In this document: piece after piece, positions 18,588-26,800 of the stretch
How the letters are laid out: every line of letters begins with the position of its first letter
Numbering within the stretch: the first letter of the stretch is position 1
IMG/VR virus record: IMGVR_UViG_3300033122_000198
Span: 1 to 35,576 of that record
Direction: 5' to 3' (one strand)
Source of the DNA: a virus
Taxonomy: Duplodnaviria > Caudoviricetes
DNA: 35,576 bases
Position numbers and translations under genes: made by a program
Notes under the pieces: model-generated
Database searches by the model: none
What the model was told of the DNA's origin: nothing
Seen by the model: the letters and a program-made list of their open reading frames with translations, nothing else

Positions 18588-18770
18588 CTATTCGGCTGAA
18601 AAATTAGTGACCTCCAGCACAGTCAAACATACAGGATGTCGTTCGGATTTTCCACTGTCTCGGTGATATTGCCAAAACGCTGGGGTCGCAACCCAGGACG
18701 GTAAAATCTTGGTAGGTATGCGGTACAGCCCACAGTCAATCGGAGGTATGAAGATAGCGTCTTCTTCCAT
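18588..18770 (-). CDS. Hypothetical 60-aa protein
   Basis: ATG preceded by AAGGA at normal spacing; stops 15 bp before the next gene. Confidence 0.55.
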   Translation of the reverse strand: MEEDAIFIPPIDCGLYRIPTKILPSWVATPAFWQYHRDSGKSERHPVCLTVLEVTNFSAE

Positions 18771-18845
18771 TGCACTTGTCCTTTTTTACAATTCACCCCA
18801 CCACAGTTTGGGTACAACGTAAATATAGGACTTTTTAGTGGTTGA

Positions 18846-19601
18846 CTAAGTGCGCTCTTCTGACACGCGGAAGAAGTCCGGCTTGTACAACGTAGAAGCA
18901 GGGATGTTGAGCTTTTGTCGTACTTCGTGGATGTCCATGTCCAGCATTGACTCCCAGTGGATCAAATGCCAGTCGTCTATAGACGAGCAACGTTTGGGTG
19001 TTTCCCAAAATATAATCTTCAATGCTTCCAGAAAACGTTTGAAACTAGAAAACTCAGAAAGTCGGGTTATTATTGTTGGAACAATGAAAAACCATTTCAC
19101 ATACGGCGAGCCCCCTCCCTTCGACGCAGCGACAACTACACAGGCTTCTGAAAGTATAGTTCGATCAAATCCCATCACAATGTGAATCATGTCGTGCACG
19201 TCACACTCACGTCGTAAAAAAGAAGTGTATTCCTCGGTATATTCATCTGTCCTCATTTGAGAAGACAGTGTTTTGAATACGTCGATTCCTTCGGTGTTAA
19301 GCTTGTAATACAAACCACCTAATGTGTTTGGATCAAGACTTTTGAGTCTGTCATGATCAGCCACCATTTTTGAAAGAGAATTTTCCCCGTTCAAAACCTC
19401 GTGACCAAAGTTTGTTGCTTTCAAACGTGTGTATGATTTTAGCGGATAAGTACCGTTCAGATTCTGTACCAAGTCGATGACGTGCTGTAGCTTATCTGGT
19501 GATTGGCGGTGGACTGCAATACGATGCAGAACAAACGACTTTACAGCCTTCCAAAAATCTATTTTTGGTGAACGCGAACTATTTTTGTAAACTCTGGGCA
19601 T
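18846..19601 (-). CDS. Coq4-like metalloprotein
   Basis: LKSLDPNTLG..Y, HDMIH-x11-E (the Coq4 metal-binding motif with exact spacing) and C-terminal WE.MLD.DI.EVR.KLNI. Confidence 0.85.
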   Translation of the reverse strand: MPRVYKNSSRSPKIDFWKAVKSFVLHRIAVHRQSPDKLQHVIDLVQNLNGTYPLKSYTRLKATNFGHEVLNGENSLSKMVADHDRLKSLDPNTLGGLYYKLNTEGIDVFKTLSSQMRTDEYTEEYTSFLRRECDVHDMIHIVMGFDRTILSEACVVVAASKGGGSPYVKWFFIVPTIITRLSEFSSFKRFLEALKIIFWETPKRCSSIDDWHLIHWESMLDMDIHEVRQKLNIPASTLYKPDFFRVSEERT

Positions 19602-20266
19602 GTGATTTCTATATCTCGTGTGGCTTTGTAAGGCTTATGTAGTTCCAAAGTTTGTTCCTCTTTTTGAACAAGTGATGATCCGAACATGAAATAAGTCTTG
19701 CTGCCAACAGGTTCTAAAGTAACTGTGTCTCCTGGTTGAACGTCTCTGTAAGTGGTGAACCATTCATCAGCATTTGGATCCGTTCTCAGCACACACAGGA
19801 CCGAAGAGCCTTTTGCTAAATTCCCAACAAAGTCTGCTCTCAACCTGTATTCTGGCCGAAGAGGAGAAAACTCAGTAACTTCTCCACTTAGAACACCGTG
19901 TACTGTATGGTATCCGTTTGGACTAAGGTCAAACTCCTTGATGTTTTCTTCTTCTGGAAAAACGGAATCTATGTAGTGAGCGTAGTTTCGTAGGTGCTCC
20001 ACATCTAGATTATCCTCCTCAGTCCAGGTGTATGTCATTTCTAGACTGCCCCTAGTTACAATGTGATTACCGCCGTTTTTTACCATGAGCGGATTAGTTG
20101 GGTGTGGTGTGCCCCCATCATGAGGCAGCAAAGAAACATGTTCTTTTGGAAGTTTCCAGTACATATCATAAGCTGCTGAATCGATAGATCCGATCATAAG
20201 CTCGTTTTCGATGTTTACAGTCCAGTCAAATTTGAAAGTGTTGTCGCCTGTGTAAACTTTTTTCAT
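19559..20266 (-). CDS. Hypothetical protein (possibly cupin-like beta fold)
   Basis: 235-aa beta-strand-rich ORF in operon context; no family recognised. Confidence 0.65.
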   Translation of the reverse strand: MKKVYTGDNTFKFDWTVNIENELMIGSIDSAAYDMYWKLPKEHVSLLPHDGGTPHPTNPLMVKNGGNHIVTRGSLEMTYTWTEEDNLDVEHLRNYAHYIDSVFPEEENIKEFDLSPNGYHTVHGVLSGEVTEFSPLRPEYRLRADFVGNLAKGSSVLCVLRTDPNADEWFTTYRDVQPGDTVTLEPVGSKTYFMFGSSLVQKEEQTLELHKPYKATRDIEITCPEFTKIVRVHQK

Positions 20267-20268
20267 GT

Positions 20269-20559
20269 TTACAATTCCTCTGCTGACTCAGGATCTAGTA
20301 AAGGCTGACTTATCTCTGTATTTACCTCAAACGTAGAACCAATTATGGAACCAGCGTTACTTGGAGTGGCCGCGTCTAAAAATTCTTTGTGCCTAATAAT
20401 TGCATTTGAAATAGCGTCTTTTGTATGTTCAACGTGAATGGTGCCGTCAGTGTTAAGAACTGCGGGCACATCAATTTTATGTTCCGTTGATCCGTGCGAA
20501 AACACAGCGACGTACATATTTCCTGCTTTCACATAGTCTATAATTCTGTAAGTGCTCAT
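20269..20559 (-). CDS. Hypothetical protein
   Basis: ATG 20559 overlaps the upstream TGA (ATGA). Confidence 0.65.
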   Translation of the reverse strand: MSTYRIIDYVKAGNMYVAVFSHGSTEHKIDVPAVLNTDGTIHVEHTKDAISNAIIRHKEFLDAATPSNAGSIIGSTFEVNTEISQPLLDPESAEEL

Positions 20560-21254
20560 TTCCGTTCCCACTGAGTGTCTCTATAGGTGCTGGGCATTGC
20601 CGCATGGCGACGAGTATTCAGGTTGCGTTTCAAAAGCTCATCGTTCGTAAAAGCCCGTACCGTTGGTTTCTTATCAAAACCTCTCTTAAAAGGTATCGCT
20701 TGCACAATCGGTGTGCCAGCAGGAATTATATAAGAGCCGTCTTCTTTTGTCACGAAGGACGGAAAGTTTACGTTCGCCTCATGCTTATCTGTCTCAACGA
20801 TACCAGACATCGGCGTGAAAAACTCCTGCTCTCTGTTTAAAAGCGGCGTAAACAAAGTTGACCAGCCGGGCGGAGTCTTCATATGCCAGTGATTTATGAA
20901 CTTCAAAGGCGGTTTTGGCAAATCAGGATGACCTTTTATCTGCTCGTTTGCATGAGGCTCGATAACAGGTCTGTCAAATTCTGTGTACCACGACACTCCT
21001 TCACCGTTATTTGAAACCACTATTTGTATCTCAGCCACTGTGGGCAACAGCCAACCTGTCACCATTGCATCCAAAACAGGAGGGCATCTTTTTATCGTGC
21101 GTTGTTTGGCTTTTGTGTCTGGATGATCGTAATAAGAATCAAGCTTTTTGAACCAGTCCGGTATTACAGATCTCGCTGGAATTGGTTTATGAATAAAATC
21201 GAACAAATCAGGCTCTGTCCGAAACAGAACCTTTGGCTCCTCTTTAAAAAACAT
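20556..21254 (-). CDS. DUF6065-like protein
   Basis: IPDWFK...TIKRCPP..DA...GW...KFIN.W...TPPGWS.LF..P.LN...SGIVETD...NFP...IPAGTPIVQ.IPF. ATG 21254 directly follows the upstream stop. Confidence 0.75.
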   Translation of the reverse strand: MFFKEEPKVLFRTEPDLFDFIHKPIPARSVIPDWFKKLDSYYDHPDTKAKQRTIKRCPPVLDAMVTGWLLPTVAEIQIVVSNNGEGVSWYTEFDRPVIEPHANEQIKGHPDLPKPPLKFINHWHMKTPPGWSTLFTPLLNREQEFFTPMSGIVETDKHEANVNFPSFVTKEDGSYIIPAGTPIVQAIPFKRGFDKKPTVRAFTNDELLKRNLNTRRHAAMPSTYRDTQWERK

Positions 21255-21255
21255 G

Positions 21256-22734
21256 TCACTGCCTTTCCCATGTAATGACTGCCTGACCATTTGATGGGAC
21301 AGTCACCGCTATCGCCTCCTGCGCGACAGTTAATCTTACATTAGTGTTATTTGTAGTTCCAGCGGAACCGGGGTTTCCTGAACCTCCTGGGTTTCCTGAA
21401 CCTCCCGAACCGCCAGCATTTGCGTTGCCATCTGCGCCAGCGGTTCCCGGATTGCCGTTTGCGCCAGCGGTTCCCGGATTGCCGTTTGTTGCGCCTGTGC
21501 CATTGTTACCCGCGCTTCCTGCGTTTCCGCTTGAACCAGAGTTTCCGCTATTGCCAGAGTTACCAGCGTTTGGACGGCCACCGCGACCCCCAGCAGCACC
21601 ATCCTGACCAAAACTAGTGCCTTTAGCACCAGCGTTGCCAAAACTATTCACATTCCCGTCTGGGCTTCCTATATTTCCAGCAGTGTTTCCTGACCCAACA
21701 CCGCCATTGCCACCACCACCAAATGTCCCGCCGTTACCTCGTGAGCCACCATTGCCACGAGTCCCAGCATTGCCAGCAGACCCAGGGTTTCCTGAGTTTC
21801 CTGCGGAACCACCATTGCCAGCCGCGCCATTATTACCCGGATTACCCGGATTACCGTCAGCACCGTCGTTTGCTGTCCCAGCAGCACCAGCACTACCCCC
21901 AGTTCCAGCAGCACCACCATTTCCACCAGCACCGCCAGCAGCGGTTAAGTTGTTTGCGTTGCCCACAAAAGAGGTTGTACCTCCCGTGTTGCCGTTTGCA
22001 CCAGCGTTGCCATCTGCACCAGCGTTGCCAGCGTTGCCATCACTACCGGGATTGCCTGACCCACCAGCACCGCCGGAAGTGGCACCAGTTCCTGCGTTAC
22101 CAGCATTACCGTTAGCTCCGGCACCACCCGGATTACCAGCAGCACCATTGTTAAAAGTTCCTACGTTACCGTTTGATCCGACATTACCGTTACCGCCAGC
22201 GTTACCAGCGGAACCCGGACTACCGCCAGCACCGGGCTGACCAATTTGAGCTCCGTTGCCGCCAGCCCCACCAGCCCCACCATTTCCACCGCTTGGAGCA
22301 GCACCACCAGCACCGCCGGGGTTACCAATCTGCCCAGGAAAACCTTTTGCACCAGCATTACCCCCGCCTCCGCCGCCTCCGCCTCCTCCACCCGTTCCTG
22401 AGTTTCCGGGATTGCCAGCATTGCCAGCATTGCCATTACCAGCCGCACCGCCATTTCCTCGTGCACCGTTATTACCTGAATTACCAGGATTACCTGAGTT
22501 GCCAGCCCCACCAGCATTACCAGCCCCACCACCCGTTCCGGCTGTGCCAGGATTACCGTCGTTACCGTTTCCACCGTCGTTACCCGCCGCACCTGAATTA
22601 CCAGTGGCACCAGTTAGTTGGACGTTGACGATATGTATTCCAGGAGGGAGGTTGAATGTTCCGCTAGAATTAAAGGTTTGAGAGTCCCCTGGGTACAAGG
22701 GATCGTACCTAGTGGCGGTTCCAACCGAGGGCAT
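21256..22734 (-). CDS. Glycine-rich Gly-X-Y repeat virion fibre-like protein
   Basis: Framework TFNSSGTFNLP.G...V.V.L.G / GGTTSF.G...A.GG.GG / G.AVITW of phage Gly-rich domains, with two very long GN[PAS]G-type triplet tracts. Confidence 0.85.
   Translation of the reverse strand: MPSVGTATRYDPLYPGDSQTFNSSGTFNLPPGIHIVNVQLTGATGNSGAAGNDGGNGNDGNPGTAGTGGGAGNAGGAGNSGNPGNSGNNGARGNGGAAGNGNAGNAGNPGNSGTGGGGGGGGGGGNAGAKGFPGQIGNPGGAGGAAPSGGNGGAGGAGGNGAQIGQPGAGGSPGSAGNAGGNGNVGSNGNVGTFNNGAAGNPGGAGANGNAGNAGTGATSGGAGGSGNPGSDGNAGNAGADGNAGANGNTGGTTSFVGNANNLTAAGGAGGNGGAAGTGGSAGAAGTANDGADGNPGNPGNNGAAGNGGSAGNSGNPGSAGNAGTRGNGGSRGNGGTFGGGGNGGVGSGNTAGNIGSPDGNVNSFGNAGAKGTSFGQDGAAGGRGGRPNAGNSGNSGNSGSSGNAGSAGNNGTGATNGNPGTAGANGNPGTAGADGNANAGGSGGSGNPGGSGNPGSAGTTNNTNVRLTVAQEAIAVTVPSNGQAVITWERQ
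21433..21488. repeat. Perfect 27-bp tandem duplication within the Gly-rich gene
   Basis: tgcgccagcggttcccggattgccgtt x2, encoding NGNPGTAGA twice. Confidence 0.9.
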
Positions 22735-23070
22735 TTAGCTCACCTTTTTAGCAAGCGTTAAGAAATTTTCAGGAAGGTCTGAGGTTTGAGTTGCATATTT
22801 TCTTTTTCGATACGCATCAGAGCCGTCTTCGGATTCCCAAAGCACTTCATCAAATGTTAAAACAGGAGCAGTCTCAAATATAATTTTGTTTTGTTGGTCA
22901 TCTTCAAACCACGTTGAAAGAGGATGCAGCGCATCGTTCATGTCTTCTGGAGAATACGTTAGAACGTTCACGTCTATGTTGTTTGAGGTCAGCCAAGAAA
23001 GCATATCATTTGAAGCAGCATGGCCTCTTTGCATCGTAAGGTGGATCTCATCGTATCTAATAGTCATCAC
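22735..23070 (-). CDS. Glutaredoxin/thioredoxin-fold-like protein lacking CxxC
   Basis: beta-(HAAS)-helix-LTSNNIDV-beta...TAPVL pattern resembles NrdH/Grx; contains no Cys. Confidence 0.45.
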   Translation of the reverse strand: MMTIRYDEIHLTMQRGHAASNDMLSWLTSNNIDVNVLTYSPEDMNDALHPLSTWFEDDQQNKIIFETAPVLTFDEVLWESEDGSDAYRKRKYATQTSDLPENFLTLAKKVS

Positions 23071-23786
23071 TATGCCTCGTAAAACGACAAACTAACATAA
23101 ATGTCCGTATCGCCTTTGATTAACAACGCCGTGTAAATTGTGCGCTTATTAGCTGTAGCGTTTACAGCGGGTTGTGACGAAGAATTATTGTAGACAATAC
23201 TAAAACCTGACGGTGCCGCCAAGGTAAACGTTCGGCTCCCTGTTGCATCCTGCCTCACAACGATAGTCAAGGCTCGAACGCTTCCTGTAGACAAATCATT
23301 CGTATTCGGAAGCGTAAGTGTGGTGTTACCTGTCAACGTCAAATCAATATTATTGATCTCATTATCGACTGTAATCGCGCCTGTAGCAGAGGTGTTTGCT
23401 GTAACACTTTCTTGAAACGAAGATAGCTCAACGTTCGACAGCTTGCCGTTCGCTAAATTCAGCGCATCGTCTGTGTCTTTGATTGCCATGCGCTCGGCAG
23501 CGTTTGTGCAAAAGACAGTTTTTGATCCCGCGCCCCAATTAACAGCAGAACCAGAATTTGAACTTTCTAAGATAGTTGCTCGTGTCAATGTGGTGCCAGA
23601 GGCAGTGTAAACACCAACGCCGACCTCAAAATCCACATCATCCGTTATGCAATAGTAGGTAGTGTTCCCGTCTCCGATAACGGAGAAAGATTGAAATCCT
23701 GTTTCAGCACCGCCAAGGGTCAGAGTTCCCGTGCCAGTAGTGGTCGTGGTTTCTTTGACCCGGTCTTTTACGACAGCAACAGCCAT
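23070..23786 (-). CDS. Tail fibre-associated structural protein
   Basis: DRVKETTTTTGTGT.TL.GA..GF..F...WGAG.K.VFCT N-terminal domain plus a LTGNTT...QDATGSRT C-terminal domain. Confidence 0.75.
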   Translation of the reverse strand: MAVAVVKDRVKETTTTTGTGTLTLGGAETGFQSFSVIGDGNTTYYCITDDVDFEVGVGVYTASGTTLTRATILESSNSGSAVNWGAGSKTVFCTNAAERMAIKDTDDALNLANGKLSNVELSSFQESVTANTSATGAITVDNEINNIDLTLTGNTTLTLPNTNDLSTGSVRALTIVVRQDATGSRTFTLAAPSGFSIVYNNSSSQPAVNATANKRTIYTALLIKGDTDIYVSLSFYEA

Positions 23787-23795
23787 GCTGACCTC

Positions 23796-24230
23796 CTATG
23801 CGATTCTGATAATCGCGTTAGAGGCATCCGCTGTGGGGAACTGAATCGTAAAGTCACCCGCTGTCGAGGACTTGTCTGAACCAAAATCAAGAACAGCAAC
23901 AGCCGGATCACCAGATGCACTGTCGTTAAATATCAACGCTCCCCTCGCTGTGATTGTAGAAGACGAGAACGTCAAATCGTTAAAATCACAAAGTGCAGTT
24001 GTACCAGACGCAACTGGCGTTACAGAAGTAAGGGCCCCGCCTTTTGCGGTGTAACCTGTACCAGAAACCTCGTTTGATGTCGTATAGGCAGTGGTAGCCG
24101 CATCCAGGCTTGCGGAACTTGTGTACAAAGCTAGATTGAACGTGTTGCCACTACTTGCAGTAAAATTATGTACAGCCTTCAGGAGTTCAACCTTGAACGA
24201 CGTGCACATGGCTTGAGTAATAGCCATCAT
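23796..24230 (-). CDS. Conserved virion structural protein
   Basis: AITQAMCTSFK.ELL...LALYTSSA...GY.A.G..L...ARGALI.N...AVLDFG.DK...G.FTI.FP, a recurring phage structural family. Confidence 0.8.
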   Translation of the reverse strand: MMAITQAMCTSFKVELLKAVHNFTASSGNTFNLALYTSSASLDAATTAYTTSNEVSGTGYTAKGGALTSVTPVASGTTALCDFNDLTFSSSTITARGALIFNDSASGDPAVAVLDFGSDKSSTAGDFTIQFPTADASNAIIRIA

Positions 24231-24520
24231 AATCTCCTTAAAAGTTCAGCGACATCTGGATGTCCAGCGTCACGAATAATATTATACACAGTTGTTCTAT
24301 CGCTGTTAATGGCTTCCTGCATATAAAAAACCAAAAGCGGCCTAATGTGGTCTTTGAACGCGATTGCCTGATCCCGAATGACTGGTGGTGCGGTGTCAGA
24401 AACCTTTATTATTCGCTCAAGACAGCTTTCAGCAACTTCTTCCACGGTCCGACCACGGTTTTCTGTAGTCGTTACGTTTACAATCGGTTCTTTAGGTAAG
24501 TTTAAACTTGTCTCAAACAT
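24227..24520 (-). CDS. Conserved phage hypothetical protein
   Basis: V.TT.NRG...EE.A......I..VS..APP.IR.QA.AF pattern; operon coupling. Confidence 0.75.
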   Translation of the reverse strand: MFETSLNLPKEPIVNVTTTENRGRTVEEVAESCLERIIKVSDTAPPVIRDQAIAFKDHIRPLLVFYMQEAINSDRTTVYNIIRDAGHPDVAELLRRL

Positions 24521-25168
24521 CTAGCTCTTTGGCCTCACAAGTAATCCTCTGTAGTAAGCATCTCCCGTCTGTTTGGCTTCGCCCAAATCTTTTAGACGAG
24601 ACAGAGCTTGTATGAACTTCTGATCATAGTTTTGAATGATGTCAGCCTCACCTTTCATAAAAGTGTACGCTTCAATCAAGGAACCATAAAGCATGGCAAA
24701 CGGAGCGTTAGTGCTTAACCACGTTGTACCTGAATCAGCACCCGCCGTCAGGCTGGTGGGACGATAGTAATAGTGCAGTTCTACTTCATACCCAGCATCC
24801 GGTGTAGGAGCCAAGATAAAGTTGTCCGACGTAAATGCAGCGTAGTATTTAGGCAGTCCTGTTGTCGAACTATTCGGATTGTAATCTTCAATGAAGTTCA
24901 CGTCTTTCATCAGCAAAAAGCTTTTGGCACCGGATGATGTGACCGACAAAGAATATGAGGCTAGATAGTCATCCGGCATTGCTAAGTATTGATTGCTGGC
25001 GGTCAGGTTCGCTGTAACGTTTCTTCGAAAAAACTCCAACTGCACAGATTCAAAGATACGCTGTTCAGCGTTTTCAATAAAAATAGACAGATTATTCACA
25101 AAAGTTGTTTCGGTGTTTTCTGAATAATCTTGGATTGCTGTTTTTAGTTCTGCGAATGTAAAACTCAT
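24521..25168 (-). CDS. Head-tail adaptor / tail tubular protein A-like
   Basis: L.TAIQDY.EN...FI..AE.RI; G.PKYYA...LAPTPD..Y.VELHY; LYGSL.EA..F.K. Confidence 0.75.
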   Translation of the reverse strand: MSFTFAELKTAIQDYSENTETTFVNNLSIFIENAEQRIFESVQLEFFRRNVTANLTASNQYLAMPDDYLASYSLSVTSSGAKSFLLMKDVNFIEDYNPNSSTTGLPKYYAAFTSDNFILAPTPDAGYEVELHYYYRPTSLTAGADSGTTWLSTNAPFAMLYGSLIEAYTFMKGEADIIQNYDQKFIQALSRLKDLGEAKQTGDAYYRGLLVRPKS

Positions 25169-25455
25169 GACGTTGTCACCGTTACTTTACCGAGAGATGC
25201 GGTAGCCTGTAAGTTCAACCCACCAACAGGCTTAAAACCAAAGTAAGTGTCTGTTTGAGAATCGGGTCTTGGATTGCGAATAGCCTCTGAGTCGAACACG
25301 TTTCTAGGCGGGGTCAGTTGAGGGTGTTTGGACTCATACTCATCGGGTCCAACTAAAGCACCGTTCCACTCTCTCCGCATCTCGCGCAAACGATACCGGA
25401 AACCTGACCGATCGGATATGCCATAAGCTCTAGATCCTGATGCAAACCGGGTCAT
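25165..25455 (-). CDS. Conserved phage hypothetical protein
   Basis: FASG..A.GISDRSGFRY....M..EWNG..V..DE.E.KHPQL...NPRPD. Confidence 0.75.
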   Translation of the reverse strand: MTRFASGSRAYGISDRSGFRYRLREMRREWNGALVGPDEYESKHPQLTPPRNVFDSEAIRNPRPDSQTDTYFGFKPVGGLNLQATASLGKVTVTTS

Positions 25456-26123
25456 TAGTTAATCCTTAGATAGTCCAAACTAGGTGTCAAACGGGTTGGG
25501 ACACGATCTTGATCCATATCAGAGGCGCGTTGAAACTCTTCTTCATAAATAGATTTCAGAAGCTGAACACGATCGGGTGCTTTCTTGACAGACAAATAAT
25601 ATGCAAGACCCGCGGCCATGCAGGGCAAGAACCTAAACGGGGCATCCATGTTATTGATTGCTGCATCAGCGTCTTGAATGCGTTGAATGAAATAGTATCT
25701 CAAAACATCTGTGCTGTTTTCTGGTGCGGGCCAAAGGTTAATCTTTGGTGCGATTTGTTTGTCTACATAGATAGATGACGGCCGCCCAGAAGTGGTCTTA
25801 TTAGGCAAGTTTTGATAGTCCGACCTTGAAATACGTTGAACTTGAAAGTCTGTGTTATCACGGCGAACTACAACCTCCAGCAAATCTACAACGTCTGATG
25901 TGAGTGTGTACTCTGTGGTTCCTGCGGTCAGTGCTTGTGTGCCAAGCTGCACAGTCCAAAGATTGATGCCGCGATTTGCCCAATCTGCAAACATAAGGTT
26001 CAGCGAACGACGCGCTGTTTTGGCATCATAACCTGTTTTTATCTCAAGGCCGCAGCGTTCGTATGCTTCTTCTACAAGCTCTGCTACATCAAGATCAAAA
26101 TCTCGTGAGTTTGAAGTTGCCAT
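25455..26123 (-). CDS. Second head-tail adaptor-like protein
   Basis: EEAYERCG...GYD..TARRSLNL..A.W.NRG.N.W; Y....NK...GRP...LWP.P; P.RF.P...GLAYY. Confidence 0.75.
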   Translation of the reverse strand: MATSNSRDFDLDVAELVEEAYERCGLEIKTGYDAKTARRSLNLMFADWANRGINLWTVQLGTQALTAGTTEYTLTSDVVDLLEVVVRRDNTDFQVQRISRSDYQNLPNKTTSGRPSSIYVDKQIAPKINLWPAPENSTDVLRYYFIQRIQDADAAINNMDAPFRFLPCMAAGLAYYLSVKKAPDRVQLLKSIYEEEFQRASDMDQDRVPTRLTPSLDYLRIN

Positions 26124-26800
26124 CAGTCGTCCTCGTTATACAGATTATCAAAAACCCTGTTCACATCTAAGGTATAATCAAGATCACTTTTTGAATAGTG
26201 AATGTGTGCAGACGGTTTGAAATCTGGGGCACCCTGTCCTGTCTCAAACCATGCTGGATGTGTCACTCTAACACGATTATTTGGCAATGCCACGATATTT
26301 CCTGTCCACTCACCAGCGTCTAACAGGTGCATGACATGACTTTGCTTGTGTTGTGCGGGGTCATCTGCAATTTCGTTTTCTGCGTAATCAACAGTAAACA
26401 AATACTTCGCCGGAAAGAACTTTCCGTCAATTTTTGCCAGCCAAGGACAAGGCGTGGCTCTGTCCAAAACATAAACAGCGTGTGTATGTGATGAACAATC
26501 CCAGGGCTGCGCGTCATGCACAGCCATAGGTTCAGGCCATTCATCGAGGGGTTCATCTGCAACAAGAGCAGTTATAGGCATCCTAGCCCACATCGCTCCC
26601 CCAGTTACATTTTCCTCCTCGGAATCTTCAGCGTTGATGCCCGTAAAAATGAGTTGAAAACTCAAGCAACGACAAGGCATTGTCGTTACCGCTACAGCCA
26701 TGGCATGGAGAAACTCTCCATGATACTTTTCATGGTTGTGCGTATATTCACGGCGCACCCAACACTTGAAGTGTGGGATGTTGCTTTGAAGATACGGCAT
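26123..26800 (-). CDS. Conserved phage protein of unknown function (His/Cys/Trp-rich)
   Basis: GGAMWARMPITAL, AQPWDC, YLFTVDY, HKQSHV and GNIVALPNNRVR motifs. Confidence 0.8.
   Translation of the reverse strand: MPYLQSNIPHFKCWVRREYTHNHEKYHGEFLHAMAVAVTTMPCRCLSFQLIFTGINAEDSEEENVTGGAMWARMPITALVADEPLDEWPEPMAVHDAQPWDCSSHTHAVYVLDRATPCPWLAKIDGKFFPAKYLFTVDYAENEIADDPAQHKQSHVMHLLDAGEWTGNIVALPNNRVRVTHPAWFETGQGAPDFKPSAHIHYSKSDLDYTLDVNRVFDNLYNEDD

Noticed and set aside
18623-18817. Alternative 64-aa minus-strand ORF
   Set aside because: TTG start without an SD; the overlapping 18588-18770 ORF has an ATG, an SD and better packing.
21336-22681. Several long Pro-rich or His/Gln-rich ORFs overlapping the Gly-rich gene
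   Set aside because: They are antisense or frame shadows of GGN-rich codons that lack stops, and no SDs were noticed.
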